A stretch of DNA of 64,000 nucleotides from Cercozoa sp. M6MM. Its lineage: Eukaryota > Protista > Endomyxa: Ascetosporea. The position numbers were made by a program, and so were the translations under genes. Under the pieces are notes generated by a model. That model was not told the DNA's origin. It did not search any database and saw nothing but the letters and a program-made list of their open reading frames with translations. Numbering within the stretch: position 1 is the first letter of the stretch; each line of letters opens with the position of its first letter. The DNA lies in NCBI GenBank assembly GCA_040357565.1, contig JBDODJ010000014.1; one strand, written 5' to 3'. Below are positions 25,587-38,021 of this stretch, piece after piece.

Positions 25587-26099
25587 GCGCGGTTGTAACT
25601 GGACACGTTTACCGGAGTAAAAAGAGCAAAGCAGCGGGCTCGCCTGAGTGAGCTCGAATTCTATCGAATCGTTCCCGGAGCATTGCTTGCATCTCGGCCA
25701 CCTCTTGGCCGACTTGGGCTTCCACTGCCAAGAACGCACAAAAAGGCGCGTTTTACGATTGGATACGTCAACTAACACTGGCTACCCTCATCGTTGAAAA
25801 CTTCGCGATGCTCATTGGCCAGCGCAGCCCGAATGAGCTAAGTATGCAAACATTGTTTCCAAAGCATGGACACAAACAAACAAAAAGTTGAAACCTCGGA
25901 GTGGTCGTCGGACGATGCAAAGTCTTCAGAAACCGGCATGACGTTTAGTTTTACGGCAAACTCTGCACCTCTCCACTCGTAGTACCAGTTTGAATCTGTT
26001 TTAGTACACAACGTCCAGTAGATACTGTACAGTAGCGCCATTCAAAAAACTCTTGGCTGTCCGGGGTAGCCAGAAAGCTGTACTAATAATTGGCGGCCG

Positions 26100-26142
26100 T
26101 CAACCAATAGAAACCAAGCCAAGGACCAATAGTTGGCTCATT
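26100..26142. promoter_or_regulatory. Clustered CCAAT boxes in the divergent intergenic region upstream of the chromo-HDAC gene
   Basis: caaCCAATag...gaCCAATagttggctcattg about 70-100 bp upstream of ATG 26208. Confidence 0.35.
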
Positions 26143-26207
26143 GAGTGTGTTGCCAGTCACTCTGAGTCGCTTAGTGGGCCTTTTTTTTGATTCGATTTTG
26201 CACCTGC

Positions 26208-29200
26208 ATGGAGGACTTCGTGGTTGTGCTGTAAATCACTCTCTCAATATTATCTTTTCCAGCGCCGTTCATGGCGCATGCGTTTGCAGAAGCAGCGATA
26301 GCGAAGATGAAAGCAGTAGCGAAGAAACCAGTGTCTCTGATAAAGAGCGGTATACGACTGACCTATCACTGACCTTTTGTCCTGTGTGATGTGCTTTCAA
26401 ACGAGGTGCTGTTTCTGCTCTCAGGGGTGTGTCCGATCAGTCGACAGGGTCGCCAGCAGAGAGTTCCTCCGAAAGTCCTCGTGCCTTTGTTGTCGAATCC
26501 ATCGATGATCATCAGTGGACGGAGGATGGCTCGGTCGAGGTAGCGCCCTCGACATTGTTATGCACACCTTCCCTTGTGCTTGGCAGTCACCGCCCGCTTT
26601 TTTAAACTGTAGGTGTTTGTGCGTTGGGCGGGATACTCGCTGGACGAACGAACCTGGGAACCGCTGAACGAAGAAAACCGCAAGCTGCTCGTCTATCGTG
26701 ACTACTACAATTCTCGTGCTGTGCTTTCCCTCTCTTTTGCTTGTTCTTTTGGTGGACACCTTGAGAGTTTTCCTTCTTGGTAGAAACTCGACGTCAGACC
26801 ACTGCCGGAGCCTCTCACCCCGGACGAGGTTGACGACCTCGAGGAACTCCAAGACCTGGACAAGACCATCGAGGCAGTTTCCGTGGAGGCAACAGACGAC
26901 GACAAGACCATTGACGCCACGACCGTCGAAGCCACCGAAGACGAAGAAACCACTGTCACCTCCTTGAAGCAACAAGAACGACCAGTGCTGCTGCCCGTCG
27001 CTGTGTCGAAAAAACGCACACCAAAGAAGCGAACACCAAAAAAAGTCACCCCGAAAAAGCTCATGCCAGAGAAGACGGTTTCAGAAAAGGTCACGCCGAA
27101 GAAGATCACACCAAAGAAGATCACGCCGGAAAAGACTGCCGAAACACGACAAATGCCCAAGCCGCAAAAACCGGTGGCCGAAGTGAAGAAACGACCGCGC
27201 GGAAGGCCACGCAAGAATGCCGTCGCCGCCGTTGAGACGGCGAAGCCAAAGGCGCCCGCGCTGCGCGAACCTGAGCAAAAGCGTCGAAAGGTACAGCTCC
27301 AGTTGGCTCTTTGTGTTGTCTGTGTCTGTTGTCTCACTTGCTTTCATGTCCGCAGACACACCGAAAGACGAGTTTCCTGACGAACATCAAGTCCTTCCGG
27401 TGTGTCTCGCTCTACGGCATTGTTGTGTTTGTGTGTGACTCAACGTGTGCAGGCAAGCCAGAGGCAAGACAGTGGCGGCCAACTGCAAGCAATACGTAGA
27501 CTGTTCTTCCTGGCTTGCTTGTAAATCTTGTATAGCGTCTCTCTCTTTGCACAGTTACGTGACTCTATCGCACTGAAACGTCGACGCGCCTCACAACTGC
27601 GCGGTCACCGCGTAGCCATGAACATTCCCGGCGCAGTCTTTGGACCCGACGTTGGTACAGTTTTGTTGCTGTGCTTTCGGTGTTGTCTGTGGGTTGATTC
27701 AGTTGCTTTGTGTGTCTTGAATCGACTTGTCACAGGCCTGTCCATCCGAAGCGAGATCATGGCGGTGGCATACGACACGATGTGCGTGCTTAAGCGCTGC
27801 AGGAAGATCTGTACACAAGTTGTCCTTCTTATGGTAGTGTCATATGTATTGTTTGTTGATTTCTGTGTGTTTGTCGGCGCAGTGGAGGACCGGAAAAGGT
27901 TGCCGAACGAGCCAACGAAACGCAACTTTGTGTGGATGCTGATGGAGGTGCTTGAAGTGCTGCGGCGTGCGATCGACGTAGCCTCTGCACACACTCGCCC
28001 GCCTTGCTTTACCCCCACCTCACCCTCTTGTCTCTAGGTGGCAAGACGCACACAGTCGAACTTTGACCGAGTTCAGAACTTTGGCCTGCTGCACCAGTTT
28101 CTGGCCGTCTGCATCGTGCTTAATCGTATCCTGAGGGTTTTCTGTCTGACGGGGAGGGTACGGGGTAGAAGTGTCGATCGCATGCACCCTCAGACCTGTC
28201 GATGCCGAAGTGCGAGGTCGTGCACCAGATCCAACAGGAAGAGCTGGTGACTCAAATGTTCGGCGAGCCGGCCAAGTACGAGCACTTGGTGCATCTGGCA
28301 GGTACCTTTGCATACATGCACTATATCTATCTATATACTTATATATATATACTTATATATATATATTTTTTCAACTTTTTGTATACTGTGTCTACTCAGA
28401 GTCGGTGGTGTGCGCCGTGTCGATGGTGCAGCTGCTGGACGCGCTGAAGTGGCTGGACGTGCGCAAGCAGCTGTATGAGCTAAGCATGGACTTGAGTCTC
28501 AAGAATCTGCGCAACCTGCTGCCGCGCGGACGAACTCGCATGTGCCCTCTGCTTAGCCCTACCTGAGGTGGTGGCTAGTACAAAGCGTGTGCACATGTGA
28601 ACAGACAAGCCGCAGTGCGCGAGTGTATTTTGTCGACCATGGCGATCCAGAGGTACTCTCCTTGCTGCTGTTGTTGTTGCCTTGCAAGTACACTGAGGGT
28701 GTAATTGCAGCAATCAAGTGCGACTCCCCCTGTGTGTGATGGAACTGGATGACCTCAAGCAGTCGTTCGGCTTTTGCGTGCCCGAGTATAGCTACGGCGA
28801 CCTTATCGACAGCGACGATGACGACGACCAGTCTGACGACTCGTCCTCTGAGTCGTCCGATGATGACTCGGATAGCAACAGCAGAATGAGCAGTCTGAGT
28901 GACTCAAACGCTGCCGCTCTTGTCCAGTCGCTGATGATGGACTCGCCTGTCCCTGTCATGCAGTACTCGGTCCGTCTGTGCATCCTTCTGTGTTTATGTG
29001 TTCTCTCTCTCTTATTCAGTGTGCCTGCAGGGTCAGAACGAAAGATGTCGCAACGCAAACGTGTTTCGCTCAATTTTGGTGCCGTTTGTTGTCTTCCTTC
29101 CCTATGTGTGGTGGTTTGATGTCTACACAATGTCACAGAGCAAGAAAATATACGTCTACACTTTCGGCAAACGGAAATCGGACGCAAACAAGCTCATTCG

Positions 29201-29679
29201 ACTGTCGCTGGTGCGAACCTTTTCCACCATGATTCCCACATAGTAGCTTCCCTCTTACCCTTCTCCTTGCAGCCGTTCAACGACGAGGACTTTTTCGACA
29301 TGGCTCGCGCACTTGCGGCCGATAGGGTACTGCGCGCATGTCTCGTTGTGTGCCTTTATTGTGCGTATGTCTTTTCTTTGTCTATGTCACTATATTATTG
29401 TGGATTGTTTATCACGTGTTCACATGCAGAGAGAGCTAGGCCCGTTGGCAGTTGCCATTCTGCAGAACGCGAAACTGCGCGAGGAACTCGAACTTACGGG
29501 TTCGTTTCGACCCAGTGTCGCTGGAGGTGTCCTTTGCTTTCCTACCGAAGATATGTCTTGGCAGAGGAGGAGTGCCAGGTGGCATTGAGGCGGCACCAGT
29601 CGCACGGCGTTCCGCTGAGCGGTTTTCAGGTTTCAGTCGCTCTGGCTGCCGTGCCTCTGAGTGTACTATTTCACCTATC

Positions 29680-29740
<61 letters not shown>

Positions 29741-29760
29741 NNNNNNNNNNCACGTCTCTG

Positions 29761-29791
<31 letters not shown>

Positions 29792-31928
29792 GTTTTTGGA
29801 TTGAATGCAGCCTCCTGCGTCGGCCAACCAGCGTGTTGCCATCGTATCGCAGCAACATGGTACTTTTGTACTCCTTCGTCTTGTTTTGTACTGCCACCGG
29901 TGTTTGCAGTTCAAGGCGTCACACACAGCGAAGACAACGGCGTCGAGAACAGTGCGCGAATCGTACGTGTCCTCTTGTGCGTGTGCGTGTGCGTGTGTGT
30001 GTGTCTGCGTGTGTGTGTTGAAGCATACGTGAAAGCCTGTCTCTCTGCAGACGCGACTGATGCCGGCGATGCGCAAGCTCGCAGATCGCGCGCACGGCCG
30101 CTTTGAACTGCACGTATCAGATCGCGAGGCCTCGGACGAGCAGATGAAGTACGTGCACGACGACGCCTACGTCGAACACCTGCCCAAGAGTACAGTCAAG
30201 TCTACTTTAATATGGCTCCTATCCCCTTATAACTATACTACAGTCTGGTGGCTGGGCGGCTATGACGAAAAGAAGAACAGCAAGGAGGAGTCCGAGTGGA
30301 CGGAGCGCGTCAAGGCACTCATCGGCGACAGAGAAGTCCGGGAGGGCGAGATGCCCACTGTTGACCAGGTCGTCCGCTGCATTCGCAATGTAGTTTACCC
30401 CCAATCCCTCTATGCCTTGTGTCTTACCTATCAACCTTCTCCCATTTGGCAGGGTGCCGGTGCTGCCCTCGATGCACTCGACCTCGTGTGTCGCGACAAA
30501 GTTCGCAGGGCTTTTGGTAGCTTTGCTTTGTTGCCTGAGCTAGAGAAGAAGGCAGTATAAGGAATGGTCTGATGCAGCTTGCATTCGACCACCTGGACAC
30601 CACTGCGGTCGTTCGAGAATCTCATCTACCGAGCATGGCTGTATCCTTTCCTCCTTTAATCAATTTATCCTTTACCCTCTTACCCACTATGTTCTCATCC
30701 CTTCTCCCAGTCTGCTACGTAAACAACGCGGCACTAGTGGCTCGTTACGCTCAACTCACCTACGAGAATGTATGACAGTACTACTCGGGGCGGTTATGTC
30801 TCTATGAGTGTGTCTTGCGTAGGTGAGGAAAGTCGCCATCATCGACATCGACGCGCACCACGGCGATGTAGGGCTTGCCTTGTCCTCTATACCCATCTGT
30901 GTCCGCTGTCCTCTACCTCGCACCCATGTACTCTCCAGGGCACGGAAGAGATTTTCGAGGACGATCCGACCGTGCTGACGTTCTCGCTGCACCTGTCGGA
31001 ACGTGCCACTCCCGTGAGGAAAAACCGCCTGGCCGATTTTTCGTTCAACCGGAACTGCGCGGCACTGCGGGTAGTCTCTTTACCCCCCACTTACCCCCTC
31101 CCCACACTGCCACCTTTTTGCACAGTCCAAGAGAGAGTACAAGTACTGCGACACGGACCCGTCGTCACAGGTGCCGCCGAAACGACGCGTGCAGGACTGG
31201 CAGCCCGTGTGGAACGCCTTCTTTCCGTTCAAGTACCTTCTCTGCCCTCTGTGTATGGTGTAGATGCTGTAGGTAAACACTAAACCTACCTGGATTGTAC
31301 ACAGAGAGAACACGGTGTCACTCAACGATCGCTCACGCAACGCCGTGGTCGAACTCGACGTCTACACCGAGCCTGAGCAGTTTGTAAATTTGCACCTTTC
31401 CATCTGGGTATCCTTGCCTTATCCCACACCCACCCTTGGTAGTCGGAGCAGTGGATGACACGCTTCCGCGCGGAAATACTGCCGGCCACGCGGCAGTGCG
31501 CGCCCGACCTCATTGTGATCTCCCTCGGTCTGGACGCGCGTCGGCACGATGACGTAACCGAGGAAGCTCTTGGGTACTTATTTCTACCCTTTTAACCCCT
31601 GCCTTTTACGCCTACCTTTACCCCTCTTCTTCCTGGTAGTGAGCGTGGTCTAGAACCGAAGCATTACGCCAGTATGGTGGCTTCACTGTGCGCCGTGGCA
31701 CAGGTGCCTTGTTGTTAGACTGAACTCTTTGTCTGGCATGTATGTGTTTTTTTGTAGGACGTGTGTGACGGCAAGGTTCTCATGGTGCTTGAGGGAGGCT
31801 ACGGCGAGGTAGCCTTCTCTGCTCATAGGTTGCTTGGCCATGTAGTTACTTGCTTTCTTTTCCCGAGACAGGAAGGCATCGTGGAGTGCGCCGAGGCCGC
31901 CGTTCTCGCACTGGCCGTGCACGATTGA
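26208..31928 (+). CDS. Chromodomain / AT-hook / class II-like Zn-dependent histone deacetylase fusion protein
   Basis: Continuous GT-AG spliced ORF: MEDFVVVLSSDSEDE; chromodomain AFVVESIDDHQWTEDGSVE|VFVRWAGYSLDERTWEP; TPKK repeats; KKRPRGRPRK; HDAC motifs IRPPGHH, HGFCYVNN, DIDAHHGD|GTE, LTFSLH, ISLGLDA, VLEGGY; stop 31926-31928. Confidence 0.85.
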
Positions 31929-32691
31929 CAATGTTCACGTTCACTTTGCTGTAGTTTCCGTCTGATTCAGATTCTGCGCGTACTGTACATAGAGTATCGT
32001 TAGGTTCCCCCGTTGTTACTGGGGCTTAATGGCCGATGGTAATTGAGTTGGCGTAAAGAGAAGAAGAAGAGATCAGATTCCCTGGTCGAGAGAGCCCTTC
32101 TTTGAGTTCAGCTGCAAAAAGCTTGCTCAAGGCTTCCCTACTCAAACACAGGTGTTCCACAGTCTGGACTGAAGCTCAGTAGGTCATGATACCAGCGAAC
32201 ACATTTCAATATCTTCCACACCTCTCTTGAGGATTTTTGTAAGTTGCAGGGTTGCTTCCGCGAGGATAATGATGTTCGTTTTTACAGTGGTCTGTCTCTC
32301 TTTGTGTTACAGCATGAACCAGTTTGACAAGTCGACGCGACACAACGTAGGATGATGTGGGTGTTGATCGACGTCGTCGTTCAGTTCTTGTTGACTAAGT
32401 CAAGTCATTTCGCGTTGGAACTGAAGGTGACGAACAATTTTTAACTGTTCTCGGACCAGGCTTTGCCCAGGGCCGCTGCGTCTGCTACTTCTTGAAAGGA
32501 CGAACGCTTACAAAAAGAAAGACACCGTACGCCCATGCGCTTCGCTTAGTCGAGTCTTGTATGTACCATGCGCTTGTTACCCACCCCAGGATTGGTACAC
32601 AGGGAACTCCTGGTTTCTCAGCAGACGGAACTACTAGAACTACTAGTACACTGACAGGAAACCGGCGTGAAACTGGTGCCGTGGGATCTGT

Positions 32692-35600
32692 TCACGAGCT
32701 GAACTGTGACAGGAAGGCGTCTGTGGAGGCATCGTCGGACTCGGCACCACCGTCACGGTGTCCATCGGTAGGTTGCGGAAAACTCACGTGCACGTAGTCG
32801 TCAGCGACACCGTCGTCGAGTCGCACGGCCCGGTCAAACCTGTCAACCACCGAGTCTGCACACAATACCAAGACAGGTAAGGAACATGCCCAACAACCCA
32901 CAATCAAAAGCAGAGGGGAGGAGTACTGGAGGCGAGCACTTCGAAACTCCGCGGACGCGTCGCAACGTCGAACGAATCCTCCGGCGTTCTTCGCGGCTTG
33001 CTGTGTGTTACATATCAAGGTCAGTTTTGGGTCCTAGGGGGGGGGGGGGGTCAGCTGATACCTTGATCGGAACTCGGTAATATCAGCGAACGATGGCGAT
33101 TTCGCACGATGCTGCTAGGGGGTAAGGGGGCGGAAGTAAGAAGTAAGAGAGGGGGTAAGATAGAGGCTACCACGCGTTTCTTGAGACTGCGTTTCGACTG
33201 CGCTCGTCCACCCGACACCAGACGGCACCTCCTGTGGTCACACACGAACAAGGTAGGTCGTAGGTAGCAGTAGGAGGCAGTAGTGACAGTAAAGGGTAGG
33301 GCAGGAGCAGGGAGGGAGTACTGCCAGCGGTCTTTGGACAGGTTGAAGTCGACACGCAACACGGAGCAGTTGTCGATTTTGGCCACGTCCTTTGGCTACG
33401 ATTAAGGGTGCAACATTTGGGAAATTAAAGGGGTGCAACACGGAGATTAAGAGAGTGCAACAAGGTTAAAGGGGTGTCGACACAGGGAGGAAATTAAGGG
33501 GCAGGAGAGCGAGACTACATCGGTGTGCGTGAGTCGTGCCTCGACGTACTTGAAGAAAGAGCTGTGTCCGACCTGTACTCTCCAACACAACCTTGTTCAT
33601 AGACAGTACACCAAGGTAGTAGACAGATAGTATTGCAGGTACGCAGACGATGCTCTGCCGCGACGCGATCAGTTCGCGCCGCATCACCGACAGAAACTTG
33701 TCTCTATGGGGGGGGGGGTAAGATGGGAGCAGGGGGTAGAGGTATGAAAGGTTGAGGGTAAGGGTAGGGGGTAGGAGTGGGATAAAGCGTACATTCTGCG
33801 CTGCAGCGAGGTTTGCGATTCCTTCTGCGTCACTGGGTGCTTGGGCGGCCACCCTACACAAGAATGTGAGTACCGACCATACACATATATGACAACAACA
33901 GCACTACAGTGCTCCGGATCCATGCCGTTCTGCGCACTCTCGTCGCTCTCAATGTCGCTGCTCTGTCGGGGGAGGGGTGANNNNNNNNNNNNNNNNNNNN
34001 NNNNNNNNNNNNNNNNNNNNNNNNNNNNNNNNNNNNNNNNNNNNNNNNNNNNNNNNNNNNNNNNNNNNNNNNNNNNNNNNGGGGGGGGAACAGCAGCACA
34101 CCGTGGTAGGAGATGCCGCACGACTCAAAAAGTGCGTCTCAAAGTCGCAGTGCTGCCTGTTGAGCACGGGGGAGGGAGAGGGGTAAAAGAAGGATACAGG
34201 GGGGGGGGGGGGTTATTTCAGACAGGTACAGGATGTGCCGCATCGAGTAGAGTCGACTCAGCTGCGAGTATGGCGTGCCGACGTCGCCGATCGACGTGCG
34301 CATCTCGCCCATCCTACGCACGGTCCAGTTGTACGGTCCAGTTCCATGGTCCAGTTGTACAGTCTCGTCCATTTTGGACAGTGCAAAACCCCCTTAAACA
34401 CAAGGTACTCTGGCAGCACAATGAAGCGACGCAACTTCTCGTTGGAATCACTCGGACTCTTCTTGGGCGTTTCACTCCTAGAAAAATGAAGTACATGGAT
34501 GTGGGTAAATGGCAAAAGATACAAGTGATCTGGCGTGCCGATCAGCACTTCGTAGGCCGTCTGAAGTGCCCGACAGAAGGGCGACACAAACACCTGTGTG
34601 CTTGCCGAAGCGATCAATCATGACAGACTTGACACCTTGGGAGACCGGGAGTTACCTTGCACAGCGAGTCAGTGCTTGGAGGCCAGTCGGCAGTCTCTTC
34701 ATCTGAACTCTCTCTGGGGGGGGGGGTAAAGGAGCAGGGGAGCAAAAGACAAAGGTACAGCTGCTGCATCCACTGGTGTCGGAGTGCCGTGGCTACAGCC
34801 CAGCCATCCGGATCGCTCAGGTGCGGATCACTGACCCACTTGTGCACCTGAATCTTGCCTGTCCAAGCAAAGATATGACACAACTTGACCCCTTTGCCCG
34901 AGGACTGTGGCTAACCTAGCAAGTTGTTGATCGACGGTGCGTGCCGAATGAGAAAAAGCGAGGCGACCTTGTCTCTGGGATCGTCATTTTGGACCTCGTG
35001 ACTGGCCTAAGCGACAGCTCACACCTCAAACACATTGTGCGCTCTACTGGCACTCGGTTAACCTCAAGATACCGTAAAAGGCCGAATAGATACTGTTATG
35101 TCATTAAGGGTGTCGACCAGGGCGAAAAACGCGCTTTCGTTTTCGATCGCGTAGACTCGTTCCTGTAGTACACAAAGCTGGTGTTTTCTCGTTTCTGAAT
35201 AGATCTCTGAGCCGACAGCAGCATACCACTTCTGCGGGTCGGGGACTGTTGCTGCGTGGCGAAGAATTCGGCCGCTCGAAAATGCCGCCTTCGGACGCAG
35301 GATCCGTGATCAATCATGCTGCGTAGTCACGCAAAGCAGTGTTACCAGTGTCGATCACGTGCAGTTCTTGGGTAAGATCATCGAACAATAAGGTCAAACA
35401 GGAGCTACTGACGTCCTGGTGGTCCTGCAAGAGTGACACAAATCATTCCACTTAGCAAATACAACAAAGACAGCGATGTCCTGCAGTAGAATGACGACAC
35501 TACCAAGGGAAATAAATAGTCGCGCTGCAGTCGCGACGAACGCGAGATGCGCAGCACGTGCCTCACCGACTGGGAGCAACAGTGTATTGGCATACATACT

Positions 35601-35850
35601 GTGCAGTGCGACCAGTCGGTCCAATGACTCAGGCAACTGGGCACGATACCAATTCGGTGGTATGCCTCTCGACACTGAGGACACGCGTGTCTCCGCTCGC
35701 GTCCGGTCGAGTGGCACTTACTCGCGTTAGCACATCCTACAACATAACTCTCTGCTCAGGCGACCCCCATCCGTAGCACGTGACCACCTTCAGTTTTGGA
35801 AAACAAACCACATCAACTTTTCGACGCGCTAACTTCTGCACAAACCTCTC
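32692..35850 (-). CDS. Histidine phosphatase (phosphoglycerate mutase-like) family protein, possibly with N-terminal TM
   Basis: FLIRHAPSINN (RHG-type motif, ~34925-34960), DPHLS, FVSPFCRALQTA, VGHSSFF, IDNCSV. Contains the 100-N gap 33981-34080; 5' end uncertain. Confidence 0.75.
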
Positions 35851-36026
35851 CATACTACATACACGCGTTGGACGACGGCAAAACTGTGACACAAGGTTTC
35901 CTGCCTGGCAGCCGTGATCCCAAAGATAGCCCACAATTTAGTTAAAGGTTCGATACAAATACTGATCGGGCCTCAGAACGAGCTACACACACTCTAATAG
36001 TGTCGTATCAGTGTGGCGAACCTGAT

Positions 36027-37689
36027 ATGACACTCCAAAAGGCAAAATCATCAGCTGCGCGAAAGCTGGCGGCGAAACGCCGTGGTGAGTCCGCACGGAA
36101 GCTCGCCGTGAAAAAGCAGCAGCCACAGTCGGAGCAATCAAAGAAACCAGCCGAGAACAGCAGCACCGATGAACCGAAAGACAGCGCCGTGGTGGCGAAG
36201 TACTTGAACAAGAAGGAGGCGCGCAAGCATGCCGCCAAGGCACGACAGAAGCGTCAACAGAAGCAGGTGCTTTTTGTACCTCTGTTGCGTCGTCTGTTCT
36301 TTTGATTATCGGGATTTTTCAGGAGCGACGTGCTGCCCGGAAGAAGGAACGAAAGGAGGCGCGCAAACTGGCGCGACAGCAGCAGCAGCAGCACTCTGAG
36401 CCGAACGAGCCAAACGAGCCGGTGGATGATCCGCGTCCGAAAGGTGAGCCGACATGACTTGTTTTCTTCTTCCCTTTTGATCACTCACAAACTTTTTTGC
36501 ACAGTGCTGATTCGACTGAAGAAGAAGGTATCATGCACACCGCTTGTCTTGCTTGTCTGGATACTTGTCTAACACCCCCTTAAACACAGAGTCCAGAAAG
36601 CGAGCGCAGTGCCGACTTTGACGAAACTGTTGTTGCCATGGTTTACCCGCTCTCTCTGGTTCCCTTGTGCCTAGAATACGTGCTAACCTTGTCTTCTCCA
36701 TCTGCAGGACTGCGAGTTCGTCGGTGTCGGTCCGCTTGGCGCCACGGACGCTCTGGCGCGCGCTTCGGTACCCACCCCCTCTCCCCGTGACCCCCCCGGG
36801 GGCCCCCCCCCCCTGTCGTTCAGGTGGTCGACTACGACGGCCGCGTGCTGTACGACTCGTACTGCCGTCCTCCCGAGGCGGTACCTGGCCCCACATGTGC
36901 CACGTGTGACCCATGTGGGTGATGTGACCCTTGTGACCACACAGGTCGTGGACTTCCGCACGGAGGTGAGCGGCGTCACACCGCGTCACCTGAAGAAGGC
37001 GCCGTCCTTCAAGCAGGTGCAGCGCGAGGTTCAGAAGGTCTTGCAGGACAAGGTACCGTTATACCGTACGACCGGACGTGCCCCGTGTCGTGTGGATCCC
37101 ATGCCTGTGTGTACTGTGACTCAGGTGGTCGTGGGTCATGGTCTGTCCAGCGACTACTCGGCACTCATGCTGACCCGAGATCGACTCAAGATTCGCGTAT
37201 CTTTCTTCTTCATAATCCCACCTACCCTTGACCCTTGAGAGTTGACATGCGACAGGACACGTCGTTGTATTCGGGTCTGAGGGACCCGGCTCACCCCAGA
37301 AGGGTACCCAAACTGGCGCACCTGGCGCACAAGCACCTCGGCATCACCATTCAGCAGGTATATCTCCACCCAACAACGAAAGCTAGCTACCTGGAGTGAC
37401 TGTACACTCACGAGTGTCTTATTTGTGCTCCTGCAGGGCACGCACTGCAGTATCCAAGACGCGCGTGCCGCTCTCGGTCTATACAAGCTGCACCGCAAGC
37501 AGGTAGCACACTGCTAACTGAGTAAGTGGGGCAGGGGGACTTATATCTTGTTTGCGGCTTATCTTGTTTGCGGCTCAGTGGGACGCCGAGTTGCGCCGCC
37601 GCCTGCAGATGCGTCAGAACAAGATCAAGAAGCGCCGCGGCCAGACGCACAAGATGTTCGAACTGACCGACCAAGAGCTTTATGGCTAA
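36027..37689 (+). CDS. REX4: RNA exonuclease 4 (DEDDh)
   Basis: Basic N-terminus, then DCEFVGVGP..ALAR, VVDYDGRVLYDSYCRP, VVDFRTEVSGV, FKQVQREV, VVGHGLSSD, IRDT, HCSIQDARAALGLY, W in the terminal helix. Confidence 0.9.
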
Positions 37690-38021
37690 CTGGGGATCTC
37701 ACTGGTCGAGATTGCTTTATCGTCATTTATTTCTCGTTGGTCTGGCTTCGTTCCTCGTCGAATGATAGTGCGCCATAGTGGAATTCAAGCTATGGCTGAA
37801 AACCAAAGAAAACCATGCAGCCGCATTAAGAATTTCCTCTCGTCGTCATTTCTTTCTTGTTGGCCAAGTGGGCGCGAAACAATCATTCTAATTTGTGCGT
37901 GCTGAGGTTGCTCTTGGTGCAAGTACTTAGGTTTTAGGGACGCGTGGGTGAGCAGGCACATTGCTGCGCTCAAAAATTAGGAGCCACGTGCTACGTGCAC
38001 CGTGCAATACAATTTGCAGCG

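Noticed and set aside
31950-32600. Possible small minus-strand spliced gene between the HDAC and phosphatase genes
   Set aside because: Candidate exons exist but I found no recognisable motif or reliable complete model.
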